Shown here: positions 1 through 12,400 of the stretch, in pieces
Numbering within the stretch: position 1 is the stretch's first letter
Layout of the letters: the number at the start of each line of letters is the position of its first letter
From: Mobula hypostoma
Taxonomy: Eukaryota
Length of the DNA stretch: 64,000 nt
Assembly (NCBI RefSeq): GCF_963921235.1
Contig: NC_086109.1
Coordinates: 2,418,001 to 2,482,000, forward strand
Direction of reading: 5' to 3'
Made by a program: the position numbers and the translations under genes
Notes under the pieces: model-generated
Database searches by the model: none
Told to the model about the DNA's origin: nothing
The model's input: only the letters and a program-made list of their open reading frames with translations

Positions 1-84
1 GGACATGGGAAAACAGGGAATCAATGGTCCGGATCGTAACATAAACAAGGTAAATTTAAAGGGGCCCCGATCCGGACCATGACA
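1..84 (-). mobile_element. Terminus of an LTR (cut off by the window edge), same family as the element at 18679-21417
   Basis: Matches 21320-21417 and 19850-19935 (..GATCGTAACATAAACAA.GTAAATTTAAAGGG.CCCCGATCCGGACCATGACA). Ends in TGACA and is not followed by the internal PPT, so it is an outer boundary. Confidence 0.85.
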
Positions 85-105
85 GAGGGAGATTTTGGAA
101 TGGAA

Positions 106-861
106 TGTAACCCTGACCGGGCTCGTATGGAGACGGCTCAGTAGCCGGCTCTGCGAGCAGCCTCGAGACTCCGTGCTGAGAAGCCCACCTCTCATGATCA
201 AAATACCTCTCGGGTCGGTATGTTCTGGGGTTCAACCAAACAGGAATGCCGTGATGTTCCGAGTAATGAAACCTCGATTTGGGTGAATGCTGTGTAAATA
301 CTGCCCATACACCATTGTCGATCGGCAGGAATTAACAGTCTACATCGCATACAGTAACAAAGAAAGTATATTTACAAACATTCAGCTTTATTGTACAGTT
401 AGGAGGAAAAATAAAAGGAAAAAAGGACCGATTACAGTTAACTCAATCTAAATGTGAAGCTCATCTTGAAGTTATCCTTTTTTATTCACGCGCTGGACCC
501 ACCGTCTGCGTGAACGCAAACACCGCCTTCCGAACATTGCTCAAAACCCATCTCGAATAAACGGGCGCTCCCTTGCGAGGTGTGGCCTCCATTCTTGCAG
601 CCATTCATCTGACTTCGTGCAAGGGGGTTGCTCCTTCTCACGGCACCCACAGCCACCTCCCATCCTCCCCCCATCCCCCCCCACCCCCTCCCTCCGTCCT
701 CTCCGCAGCTCCCACCAAAAAATCCTGCGAAAATCCTGTCCGTCACAAATCTCACCCCGTCCAGGTCTCTCCAGATCTTTCTCCCAGTTCCATCATCCTG
801 ACTGGCTGACACAGTATTCCTAAATTGAACGTCACAGCTCCTTATCTTCCAGCTGGTTACG
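106..861. mobile_element. Possible solo LTR or LTR-like insert
   Basis: Starts TGTAACC and ends GGTTACG (imperfect inverted termini). Non-coding. No matching TSD found. Confidence 0.3.
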
Positions 862-896
862 AAGCTGTATGTTGTTTTGACCTTCGTTAGTCGGGA

Positions 897-1040
897 GACT
901 GAACTCAGGACCAACGAGGGGAATGCTGCAGCGTTATAAAATCATGGTTAGGCCACTCTTGGAGTATTGTGTTCAGATCTGGTCGTCTCATTATAAGACC
1001 GGCGTCGAAGGTTTATAAAGGGTGCAGTGGAGGTATACGT
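897..1040 (+). mobile_element. CR1 LINE RT C-terminal fragment
   Basis: ..GTTAGGCCACTCTTGGAGTATTGTGTTCAG.. encodes the degenerate VRPHLEYCVQFW motif seen in the intact CR1 copies in this window. Confidence 0.75.
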
Positions 1041-1184
1041 TAGTGGGAGGGGAGATAATGAAAAGTTCTGAGGGGCAGGAAAAGCGTGCACTGATCAGAA
1101 ATAACCAATAGACTTTGTCAGATTTAAGATTTTCCCTGCACAATCAAATAGATCATTTGCAGAAGGCAATAAAGTATTGATCGG

Positions 1185-2310
1185 CGCAACACTCACAACA
1201 CGCTGGAGGAACTCAGCAGATCGGGCAGCATCCGTGGAAACGATCAGTCGACGTTTCGGGCCGGAACCCTTTGTCAGAAATGAAGAGGGAAGGGGCAGAG
1301 GCCCTATAAAGAAGGTGGGGGAGGGTGGGAAGGAGAAGGCTGGTAGGTTCCAGGTGAAAAACCAGTAAGGGGACAGATAAAGGGGTGGGGGAGGGGAAGC
1401 AGGGAGATGATAGGCAGTAAAGGTGAAGAAGGAATAGGGGAAATCACAATGGGTAGTAGAAGGAGGTAGAACCATGAGGGAGATAATAGGCAGCTGGGGG
1501 ATCGGGTAGAGTGAAATAGGGATAGGGGAAGGGAGGAGGAGGTAATTACCGGAAGTTGGAGAATTCTATGTTCATACCAAGGGGCTGGAGACTACCTGGA
1601 CGGTATTTGAGGTGTTGCTCCTCCAACCTGAGTTTGGCCTCATCATGGCAGTAGAGGAGGCCATGTATGGACATATCCGAATGGGAATGTGAAGCAGAGT
1701 TGAAGTGGGTGGCAACCGGGAGATCCTGTCCGTTGTGGCGAACGGAGCAGAGGTGCTCGACAAAGTGGTCCCCCAATCTGCGTCGGGTTTCACCGATGTA
1801 GAGGAGGCCGCACCGGGAGCACCGGATGGAATAGATGACCCCAACAGACTCACGAGTGAAGTGTTGCCTCACCTGGAAGGACTGTTTGGGGCCCTGAATG
1901 GTGGCAAGAGAGGTGTAGGGACAGGTGTAGCACTTACGCTTACAGGGATAAGTGCCGGATGGGAGATCCGTGGGGAGGGACGTGTGGACCAGGGAGTTGC
2001 TGAGGGACCAATCCCTGCGGAAAGCGGAGAGGGGTGGAGATGGAAAGACGTGTTTAGTTATGGGGTCCTGTTGAAGGTGGCGGAAGTTGTGGTGGATAAT
2101 GTGCTGGATCCGGAGGCTGGTGGGGTGGTAGGTGAGGACAAGGGAACTCTGTTCCTTTTGTGGTGGCGGAAGGATGGGGTGAGGACCGAAGTGTGGGAAA
2201 TGGAGGAGATGCGTGTGAGGGCATCATTGATGACGGCAGAAGGAAACCACTATCCTTAAAGAAAGAGGACATTTTAGATGTCCTGGAACGGAAATCCTCA
2301 TGCTGGGAGC
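1185..2310 (-). mobile_element. 5'-truncated Penelope-like element (RT thumb remnant, GIY-YIG endonuclease, 3' pLTR)
   Basis: ORF 1546-1872 (VIYSIRCSRCGLLYIGETRRRLGDHFVEH..ATHFN) is a GIY-YIG domain. The tail at 1185-1280 carries a degenerate hammerhead motif. Confidence 0.85.
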
Positions 2311-2539
2311 ACTACATTCTGCACCAAAGCAGTGTGATCCATCTTGACAAGGACAACTTGCATGTTGTCTGAAATCATTGCTTCGAAATAAGAGGAGGTG
2401 GATCCAGGTTTTCGTGATTGGATACCGGTAATCGATGATACTACATGGACACTTTATCGTTTGAAATGATTTGGATGTGGATGTAGGGGATCACATCAGT
2501 AAATTCGGAGATATCGTGAAGGATGTTGGATGTCTGTAA

Positions 2540-2720
2540 GGTGGTGATCCCGATCATAGACGCTGTTTCCCTGTGACAACGCTCTGTGTAGATGGGTTCA
2601 ATGGTGGGGAGGGCTTTACCCGTGATGGACTGGGTCGTATCCGCTACATTTTGTCGTATTGTCCTTTCCAGCGCATTGGTGTTTCTGTACCGGTCTGTGA
2701 CAGGGAAACCGTGAGCTCCA
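2540..2720 (-). mobile_element. Degenerate Rex1/Babar-type LINE 3' coding fragment
   Basis: Minus-frame peptide PSPTIEPIYTERCHRETASMI resembles the Rex1/Babar C-terminal LPSIEDIYxxRC motif (also seen at 49953-50228). Confidence 0.45.
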
Positions 2721-2749
2721 ACCTGTGCTCGTTAGATTCGCTCATTAAA

Positions 2750-3664
2750 AAGGGCCCTTCTCTTTTTGTTTTCTTTACTAACCCTTCAGTCAAATTCAGA
2801 ATTATAAAGCTAGATCACTTAATTGTATATGGTACATGGCCTGTTATTTCACGGTACTGATTTAGAACAGGGGAACAAATCACGCAGCATCCACAGAAAC
2901 AGAAGGTTTTGCACCTGAAATTTCACACGATTGGCGGGGCCAGAAATGGTCTTCTCTCAACTAATGCCGCGGACCGATCCGAGGGGTTACAGGGGCATAC
3001 AGAGAGAGGGGTGAAGGGGAATGGAAAGACAGGGAGGGGAGTTTAGTGAGAGAGGGGCGTAGGAGATGGAAGGGTTTACAGATACTGGGGCGTGTGAGGG
3101 AGGTGGGTGTCACAGAGACGGGGAAATGTAGCAATAAATTGAGTCCATAAAGATGGAGAGGATTAAAGGGGAAGGAGGAAATCACAGAGATTGTGAAAGA
3201 GAGGATTACAGAGATTGGAATGGTCGGGTGGAGGTCATTTAGACCAGGTGCTGTGAGTCTGCTAACGGGGTCGAATCCCAAGCGGGGCATTCGGCGAGGA
3301 GGGGAGATGGAGAAGGACTCGTTGTTGGTCCCAGGCGGCCGGTGGAGGTGGTCCGAGGGGTCGCAGGGTGAAGAAGAAGGGTCCTGAGCTCCAACTTTTT
3401 TTGTGCACGAAGAGATTGAACGTTAATAAGTGTGGCGCCTTTTATTTTCCTTTTATATTTTATTCACTATTAATTATATAGTTCCAGTAATATCTATAAA
3501 CTGTAAATCATTTAATCGTATCTGGTGTATTGTCTGTTATTTGGGCGGGGTGGGGTACATCACACAGCATCCACACAAACTAATTACCCAGTTTGCCGGG
3601 CCGAGGGCTGTTTCCCTCGATGACAGCGAGCCGAGCGACCCTGAGGCTGGCCGGGGGGTCTACA
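2750..3664 (+). mobile_element. LTR-like sequence with two apparent LTR 3' termini (GGGGTTACA at 2991, GGGGTCTACA at 3664)
   Basis: Both candidate ends follow a similar CAC.CAGCATCCACA motif and end in ..TACA. The 5' ends and TSDs were not resolved. Confidence 0.3.
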
Positions 3665-3959
3665 GGTTGTTGATTGGTCGTGGCACCAAAGCTTATGGGA
3701 AGAAGGTCGGGAAGTGGGGCTGAGGAAGGGAAAAAGGATCAGCCATGATTGAAAGGTGGATCTAATGGCCTAATTCTGCTACCATGTTTATGGTTGAGGC
3801 CAATGTATTCCAGAGGCGTCTCTGGGTTCCACAAAGATTCGTAAGGGTGACCACAACATCTGGGACAGGGGGACGTGGTGGGAACAGTGGATGGATCAGC
3901 GGGGAAGAAGGAGTCTGAGATCCAGTTAGTCTACCTTCAACACAAATCCCCCATCCATT

Positions 3960-4650
3960 CTTCCCATGTTGTCCTTCTCTCCATCCCCACTCCTCCCTCC
4001 TATTCCCTCTACCGTCTGCCTCCTATGGACAAGGCAGTTCTGAATCCAAATGGCCTATTCGCCATGGACCCCAGACATCTTAATCTTCTGGATGAGCCGC
4101 CCCTGATTGACCCTGTCAATTGCCACATATCCACAGTTCTTCCTTCACCAATCACCCTCGTCACCTCCTTAGAAAACACAATCAGATTAGAGAGACATGA
4201 TTTGTCCCGTACAGAGACATACCGGCTACATCTCATCAGTCTATGGTTATCCGAATTGTCATAAATCCTATCTATAAAAACCTTCTCCAGCAAGTTTCCT
4301 ACCAGTATCATGAGAGTCGAGGATCTATCCTTTCCACGTTCAGCTAATGTTTATCCATGGTTCCATTATTGAATAATGGAGCAACATTAGCTACTCACTA
4401 GTCCTCTGATTCTTCCACCACCTTGTACATGTTGATTTGTCATCTCCTATGGTGTCACCAAATCCACGTGTCAACTGTGTGATTTGCTGAGAAGGCAACG
4501 TGGTAGACAGAATTTAGTTGCCATAAAAGGGGTTCAATTTGTATCTGCCTTGATATGCTGAAATTCAGCCCAACTCTCTTGGTTGGGATGTGCCCCTTCC
4601 TTGAACCATTTATCAATCTTTTCCTGTTCAGGCAGTTGATGAAAAGAAAA
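3960..4650 (-). mobile_element. Degenerate CR1 RT fragment
   Basis: ORF 4009-4311 (VGNLLEK..KSCLSNLIVFSKEVTRVIGEGRTVD) aligns to CR1 RT (GKSCLTNLIEFFEEVT). Confidence 0.75.
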
Positions 4651-4848
4651 TCTGTATCCTTTAATACTCACTAACTTTATTACCTCACTACTGTTTATGT
4701 ATATTTATTTTACAATACTTATTTAATTTATTGTATATAGTTATTGTAATTGACAGTTTTTTCTTTATTATTATGTATTACATTGTACTGCTGCTGCAAA
4801 GACAACCAATTTCATGACATATGCTGTTGCTATTAAACCTGATGCTGA

Positions 4849-5010
4849 ACAACAGGAATTCTGCAGATGCTGGAATTTCAAGCAACACACAAAGGTACAG
4901 CAAACATCGACTGTATCTCTTCCTAGAGATGCCCGGCCTGAAACGTGGACTGTACCTCTTCCTACAGATGCTGCCTGGCCTGCTGCGTTCACCAGCAACT
5001 TTGATGTGTG
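4849..5010. mobile_element. 162-bp fold-back mini-element made of Penelope 3' terminus sequence, with ~14-bp TSD
   Basis: The left arm is the inverted extreme 3' end and the right arm is the forward pLTR tail. Flanks AAACCTGATGCTGA (4835-4848) and AAACCTGATTCTGA (5011-5024). Confidence 0.7.
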
Positions 5011-5360
5011 AAACCTGATTCTGATTCAGATTCATAGCTCCAATCTCCACATCCCTGGTCTTTATTGGGACAATTGGTGACATGGCAGTTAAACCTATAT
5101 GATTCGTCGTTGTCACCCTCACCTGAGTCGCCAGGGCTCGCTGAGAGAATGTTGTGTCCATCCAGTAATTGCACGGAGTTTGGATGGTGGCGCCGTCTTG
5201 GAGGACTGTCCCATAGAGGGGTGTTTCCCAAGGAGCAGCATCACTGGCAGCACCGCCACTAGAGGGCGCTGTTCAGTTTTCTGCTACTGCTTCACTCTAT
5301 CTTGAATCGCCATCAAACGTACTTTTATTCAATTAAACTTATTACATCGTTGTTTTAAAT

Positions 5361-5760
5361 GAGCCTTTATACTTCTGCGTCAACACGTCGCCGCAAACCC
5401 TACGCGAAAGCCTGCGTTGATGGGACGCGCACCCAAAATGTAACCGCGCGTCGCGGCAACACAGACGGCAGCTGCTGTCTTTGGTCCGCTTGGTAGCATC
5501 GCACGTCATCCTACGCTGCAATAGCTTCCCATTGTGCGACTGAAGGGCAGCGAAGGAACTCCGGCTGCAATGTTTTCCATAAAGCTTTACAGAGCTCCGA
5601 AATTATGGAGGACACATTTCGCACGAAAAATCACCCTCGCGTCTTGTTTAGCTGAGACTACCATGACCATGAAGCCTTGCGTGGGCAGCTGAGTGCGCAT
5701 GCGTGACGCGCGCGAATTTCCGAGCGACGCAGACACACCACCGCAGAAGTATAAATGCTC
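5361..5760. mobile_element. MITE (non-autonomous DNA transposon) with terminal inverted repeats
   Basis: GAGCCTTTATACTTCTGCG (5361) vs CGCAGAAGTATAAATGCTC (to 5760): 18/19 inverted match. CpG-rich non-coding interior. TSD unclear. Confidence 0.6.
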
Positions 5761-5859
5761 GCAGAGTGCGTAAGCACTTGCGTAGGTTACGGCGTCCATC
5801 AACGCAGTTCACATCAGCGAACCAATCCGGCGGCTCTTTATACTCTGTGGCCCCTACGC

Positions 5860-7220
5860 CCGTCCTGTCTCCGTGAAACCCCTTCTGGCCGCTATACCTA
5901 TCCATCTCTCTGTAACCCCCTCCAGACCCTACATCCACTCATCTCTCCGCGACCTCTTCCAGACCCTACACCCATCCATCTCCCTGCACTGCCCTCCAGC
6001 CCCTACACCCATTCATCTTTCTGTAACACCTTCTGGCCCCTATACCTATTGTTACGTACCCCGTAACTGGGTTGCCAAACCAGCAGAAATGGATCACTCA
6101 GTTGGAGTCTGGAGTACTAGAACTAAGAAAGTTTTATTAAAGAAACAAGCAACACATTAATCGAAAGGATAATAAATGCAACAGTTCAGCGATGATAAAC
6201 GCACATGTGCACAGAATTAAGATAACAGCATCAATCAAGCTCTATCGTTGTCTAGGGGTAAATGACCAATTTCAAAATGACTCAAAGTTCAGTCCAGTTT
6301 AGTAGTTCAGTTCGCAGTAATCGTTGCCATGGCGGTGGACAACGTGGGGGAAGAGAGAGATAGAATAGGAACAACTGATCATTCAGAACACTGCTTCACT
6401 CACAGACCAGCGAGATGGCTCACAGACCAGCGAGATGGCTCACAAACAGCTTTTGGGCGGGTCCTTGGTGATGTCACCTGAGGTCACCGACTGTGACCCC
6501 TCCTCCAGATGCGGTCGATCCTCTGCAGTGAACCCGGCACCCAGGCAAGGGCGGACACACACCGGGTTCCCGCTGATCGTACCTTTCCACCCTGTGCGTT
6601 GTCCGGTACTTCTCACCACTCGTGAGAGGCGCACCGCTTCCAGGGTCTCGTTACCTCGGGTGGCGTGTGTGTCTGTCTTAGCGAACCTGTCCCTTTTTAT
6701 CCCCCTGCTGGGGTATCGCCTGTCCATCACTTCAAACAGTTCAGGGTTCAAAGGGGGGAGCCGCTCCAGACAGCTCTTCCTCCCACATCCCTTCATTACA
6801 CATCTCCAGACGCTGCTCCATTGTTCCTTATCTCTCCTTCCCCTGAGGGCAGGTGGCAGACCAACTGCTGATGCCACTGATGCTAGCCCAGGCCAGCAAA
6901 CATCTTAATTTTATGTGTATTCTCGTAACACTATCCATGTCTCTGTAACCCCCTACAGACCCTACACTCTCCCGTTTCTCTGCCACCTCTCACAACACAC
7001 TGGAGGAATCTTCTCCTCAACCTCTTTCTGCCCCTACACTCATCCATCTCCCTGTAATCCCCTCCGGCCCTGTACCCATCTTATCTCTCGGTCATACCCA
7101 TCACGTCTCTGCGAAACCCCTTTTGGCTCCGATACCTATCCATCTCTCTGTAAAAACCCCCACAGGCCTTCCACCCATCCATCTCTCTGTAACACCCTCT
7201 GGCCCTGCACCCATCCATAT
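5860..7220. repeat. Degenerate ~40-bp C/T-rich tandem repeat, interrupted by a solo LTR
   Basis: Recurrent CTCTGTAAC.CCCTC.GGCCCT.CACCCATCCATCT units on both sides of 6050-6930. Confidence 0.75.
6050..6930 (-). mobile_element. Solo LTR (881 bp), Gypsy/ERV type
   Basis: Perfect 7-bp inverted termini TGTTACG...CGTAACA. 4-bp TSD CTAT (6046-6049, 6931-6934). Minus-strand AATAAA near 6135. Internal 20-bp direct repeat at 6401-6440. Confidence 0.85.
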
Positions 7221-7699
7221 CTGAGTAAACCTGCTGCAGCCCAACAAACTCCAACAACAGAATGGTCTGGGAAAATATTGTATAAGAATTTATTATAGAC
7301 AATCTCAATTAGTAAATATAAAGCAATTATACAAGTTGGAAATCCCTAGGAAAATCAGGAACTGCTGGAAGCCTGAGGCAAGTCAGGCAGCACCTGTGGA
7401 GAGAGACGTGTGTGACCTGAAACATTAACTCTCCACAGATGCTGGCCAAGCTATTAAATTTGACAGTGCACAGATAAAAAATGTGCCCTCTGCCCAATAT
7501 CTGATCACCAGGCTCTTAGGCTGAAAGACTGAGCGTGATTTCACTGGTGAAAACTTCACTGGTTCATGTTGGCAGGGAGTGCACAATATTAACAATAAAC
7601 CACTTGCGGTGTGTGGCCGTCCACAGCCCCAGAATTGTGGGAGAGGCTTCACAGGATCGTTCACGACATCCGACATCCTGGGTTTTGCCCAGGCTCCAC

Positions 7700-9290
7700 C
7701 CTCGGCTCCAACCTCTGGGACTGTCCTTCAGGATGTCAATGGTTAATCAGACAATGAGAATTGGAAGGGATGTCCCGGGAGGGGTTGTGGGATGAGGAAC
7801 AGGAAGTTACAGTGTGGGGGCCGCAGTACATTGTGAAGCTCAGTGCGATTGATCAGCTGGGGATGACAAGTTTATCAAAGGGAAAACAGCTAACTGAAGG
7901 TGTTATATTTGAATGCACGCTGCATGCAAAATAAGATAGACGGTCTTGTAGCACAGGTAGAGATTGACAGGTATGATGTTGTGGGCATCACTGAGTCATA
8001 ACTGAAAGAAAGTTATTGTTAGGAGCTTAACATCCATGGATACACATTGTATTGAAATGACAGGCAGGTAGGCAGAGGGTGAAGCATGGCCCTGTTGATA
8101 AAAAATAAATCATATCCTTGGAAAGAGGTGACATAGGATTAGAAGATCATTGGATAATTAGGAGACAAAATGTAGGAATACAGTGAACATTTTTGATTGG
8201 CTGCTGCTGGCAAATTGTGTTCCACAAGTAGCGATGTTGGGACTTACTCTTTTCACGTTGCGTATCAATGATTTGGATGATGGAACTGATGGCTTTGTGG
8301 GCAAGTTTGTGGATGATATGAAGGTAGTTAGAGGGGCAGATAGTGTTGCAGAGGCAGAGGGGCTGCAGAAAGATGGACAGATGAGGAGACCGGGCAAAGA
8401 AGTGCCAGATGGAACATCGTGTCGGGAACTAAATGGTCATGCACTTTGGGAGGATGAATAAAATGGTAGACTATTTTCTAAACGGGGAGAAAATTCATAA
8501 ATGCAAAGTGTAAAGGGAATACAACCACAAACAAGAGTAACTCTGCAGATGCTGGAGATCCAAGCAACTCATCTATGGAAATGAGTACAATTGATGTTTC
8601 AGGCCAAAACCCTGGAGACATGTGATTCCTTGTGCAGGATTCTCTAAAGGTTAACTTGCAGTTTAAGTTTGTGGTGAGGAAGGCATCTGCAATGTTAACA
8701 TTGATTTTAAGAGAACTAGAATATAAAAACAAGGATGTAAAGCTGAGGCTGGTTTGCCTCATTTCCAGTATCGTCAACAGTTGGAGGCACTTTTCTATAA
8801 AAAGATGTGCTGACATTGGAGAGGGTTCAGAGGAGGTTCAGAAAATGTTTCTGGACTTGAGAGTCTTATCATATGAACAGCATTCGATAGCTGTGGACTA
8901 GTACTGAAATTTAGAAGAATGAGGGAGGACCTCATTCTAACCTATTGAATGTTGAAAGTACTAGATAGACTGGATGTGGAGAGGATGTTTCTGATTGTGG
9001 GAGAGTACAGGGCTAGAGGTCACAATGTCAGAATAGAGAGATATCTATTTGAAAAGGAGATGAGGAGGAATTTCTTTAGCCAGAGGGTGTTGCATCTGTG
9101 GAATTTGTTACCACTGGTGGCTTTGGAGGCCAGATCATTGAGTGTATTTAAGGCTGAGGAAGCTAATGGAAGATTATGTGGAGAAGGCAGAAGAATGGAA
9201 TTGAGAGGGAAATGGACCGAACTTGATCAAATAATGGAGCTGACTCGATGGGCTGAAAGACTCAATTCTGCACCAATGTCTTGTGGACTT
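7700..9290 (+). mobile_element. Old fragmented CR1 (ORF1 tail, APE start, RT pieces, 3' UTR)
   Basis: Peptides INDLDDGTDGFVGKFVDD, RNFFSQRVLHLWNLLP. Many stops and frameshifts. Contains a PLE-tail insert near 8520-8620. Confidence 0.75.
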
Positions 9291-9639
9291 ATTGATTTTA
9301 CCCAGGTGTGTTAGAGGAAGAGAAAAAAATGTGAGAACATGAACAGAGCATTCTGTGATGACAGAGTGTGGGGACTACCTGGAGATGTGTGGGGATGCTG
9401 GGGAATGATGTTGACACAGGGCTTTGGGTGGGGACACAGGAGAGGATACTGAGAGAGGGCAAGAAAGTTGTAAATTCTGAGGATAAGAGTCAGAAGGAAA
9501 GGTGGGCAGTGCTAGATCTGAGCAGCAGGGAGGAAAACGAGGGAGAGGTAGACAGACAAGTTATGGACACAAGTCTGTGTGCAGTAGAGTGGATGCCAGA
9601 TCCGGGAGTGGGGATACCACCAGTCACTGCAAAACCCAC

Positions 9640-9960
9640 AGTATATAAGGCAATTTGGAATTGTTGAACAAAGGCAGGGGTTCCAGTAGAGGGGAGGACC
9701 ACCCCCTACACACACCCTCTGTGCTTGCGGGGCCAGGAGGGGCTGGCCCTCATTTCCCAGTGATTGGGTTTGGAGAGGTGCTCGCTGTCCCGATGGAGGG
9801 GGTATCTGTGAGCTGGGTTCTATTCCAAGGCATTGCTTGCAGGCTCCTTCGTTTGATCTTCCAAAGGCTGGGTCTCCACTGGCCTGTGGGATCGAGAGCA
9901 GAGTTGAGGGCTTCCAGTCGTGATACTGATACCTGGCCTTCCCTCCACAGAATCTCCCAG
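9640..9960 (+). mobile_element. Degenerate Tx1/L1-clade LINE 3' fragment
   Basis: Peptide GRGSSRGEDH..AVPMEGVSVSWVLFQG resembles the Tx1 ORF2 C-terminus (compare 23493-23729). A similar remnant lies near 12600-12960. Confidence 0.4.
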
Positions 9961-10109
9961 TGACCATCAATCTAAGATATGTTCATCTGGTCCCTACTCA
10001 TCCTCTGCAATGTCACCTCCACTGTCACAAATCACAGCACCCCGACTCCCTTCCTCATTCTCCTCTGCACTGACCAGTAACCAGTCATGAGGGGTACAGA
10101 GTACTCCAG

Positions 10110-10330
10110 TAACCATATGTGTGGGGACAGTGTAACCCAATGACTGGGTGTGTGGGGACAGTGTACCCCAGTGACTGGGTGTGTGTGGGGACAGTGTGCC
10201 ACAGTGACAGGGTGTGTGGGTGGGATAGTGTACCCCAGTGACTGGGTGGGTGGGAGAGAGTGTACCCCGGTGAATGGGTGTGTGGGGGACTGTGTATTCC
10301 AGTGACTGGGTGTGTGGGGAATATTTACCA
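10110..10330. repeat. ~31-bp tandem repeat (GGGACAGTGTACCCCAGTGACTGGGTGTGTG)n
   Basis: About seven imperfect copies visible. Confidence 0.85.
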
Positions 10331-10399
10331 CATTGACTGTGTGCGTGATGGGTTTAGCAACAGTTATAAACCCAAATCTGGGTGATAAGAACAGGAAAT

Positions 10400-11720
10400 C
10401 AAGTGTCCAAGATCGAGGAGTGTGGTCAGCACAATGTATTGCAGATCCATAAGACCATAAAATATAGGAGGAAATTTAAGACATTTAGCCCTTTGAGCCT
10501 GTTCCATCATTTAATTGTGGTTGGTTCCTTGTGCAGCCACATTCTCCTGCCTTTTCTCTGTAACCCTGAACCACTCTACCAATTGAAAACCTTTTAATCT
10601 CATCCTTAAATTCCAGATTCCTGGCCTCTGGCTGAAAAAATTCCTTCTCACCTCAGTTCCAAAAGCACATCTCTTTATTCTGAGTCTGTGCCCTTGTGTC
10701 CTGGACTCTCCCACTGACATAAACATCCTCTGCACCTTCATGTCATCCAGGCGTTTCAGTATCTGGTATGATTTAGTGAATCCTTTCCATCACCCTTCTG
10801 AAGTCCATCCTTTTCAGGCCCAAAGCTGCCAAACACTCCTCATACCTGAAGACTTCCACTCCCGTAATTATTCTTGTGAACATTATCTGGACCCTCTCCA
10901 GAGGCAGCACATATTTCCTTAGATACAGTACACAAATTGTTCACAATATTCCATATGGGGTCTAAGCAACTCCTTATAAAGCCTCAGCAGTTCGTTCTTG
11001 CTATTATATACACACCCTTTCCAAACTAAATACTAACAATGTAGTTCCCTTCTTTAATACTGACTCAACGCGAATTGTCGGTCCATTTCATTCTAGGCTA
11101 CAACTTTATTCTTCCTCTCAGAGTGCATAAACCCTCATTTCCTAAAAAATTGTCTTCCATCTGCCATTTCTTTGCCCATTCTCCCAGTCTCTCCAAGTCC
11201 TGCAGCAGACTCGACTCTGTGCCTCTCTGACACCAACTGTACGTCCGGCTATCTTGATCCTGATATATCCACAATGCCATCTGCTCCTTCATCGAGACCA
11301 TTCATGTGTAATGTGAAAAGGTGCCGTCCCAGCCCAGAACCCTTTGATACTCCATTGGTCTGTGGCAGGTGTTCAAAAAAGAGCATTTTATCCCCACTCT
11401 CTCAAACTTCTGCCAGTCAGACAATCTTCTATCCATGCTGTACCTTACCAACGATGCCATGGGCTCTTATCTTGTTTAATAGTCTCGTGAGTGGAACCTT
11501 GTCAAATACCTTGTGAAAGTACTTGTAAATTGCTGGAGCTTACTCTCCTTTCTCTAGCCGTCCTTTTACCTTCTCAAAGAATTAGAACAAAATTGTACAA
11601 ACTTCACCCGATTTTATCACCTACTTCCAAGTATCCTGAAATTTCATCTTTTATAAAAGATTTTAAAACCTTACCAATTGCCAGGGTCAAGCGAACCAGC
11701 CTACTCGAGTCCAGGTGTAA
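10400..11720 (-). mobile_element. Degenerate CR1 RT and 3' UTR
   Basis: Peptides VRLTLAIGKVLKSFIKDEISGYLE, LERLGEWAKKWQME, RRNFFSQR. Confidence 0.75.
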
Positions 11721-11759
11721 TTCACCCCTTTGCACAGGACATCCTTCCCCAGAGCAGAT

Positions 11760-12400
11760 CCCAATTATCCAGAAATCAGAAGAGGTGATGATAGGAGCTA
11801 CAGTGAGGTAGTAACCCCCAAGTTGCAGGAGGCAGGTCACTGGGTGACTGTCAGAAGACAGGGAAATGGGCAACCAGTACAAAGTACCCCTGTGGCCATT
11901 CCCCTCAATAATGATGATACCTTGTTGGATGCTGCTGAGGGGGATGACCTACCGGAGTGGGGGGGGGGGGAAGGGGTGGCAGGGGAGGTGCCACCATTAC
12001 CAGGTCTCCAGACTCTGGAGCTATGGCCCAGAAGGGAATGGAGGAGAAGAGGACTTCAGTAACAGTAGTGATAGGGGGTTCCATACTTAAAGAAGTACAC
12101 AAGGTTTTCTGTGGACATAAATAGACACCAGGATGATATGTTGATTCCCAGGTGCCATGGTCAGTGACATCTCAGATTGAGTCCATGGCATTCTAAAGGG
12201 AGAGGGTCAGCATCCAGAAGTCTTGGTACAAAATAGGATCATTGGGCAGAGAACTGTGCACCTGAGAACTGGTGCAGGGGGCAGGGGTTCAGATTTCTGG
12301 ATCAAAGGGATCTCTGCTGGGGAATCTATGACCTGTTCAAAAGGGATGGGTTGCACCCGAATCCAAGGGGAACCAATATCCTTGCAGGCAGTTCGCTAGA
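11760..12400 (+). mobile_element. CR1 ORF1 fragment (coiled-coil to SGNH esterase region)
   Basis: DRSYSEVVTPKLQEAGHWVTVRR..PVAIPLNN, followed by esterase remnants. Same motif at 17050-17350 and 61003-61428. Confidence 0.65.
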
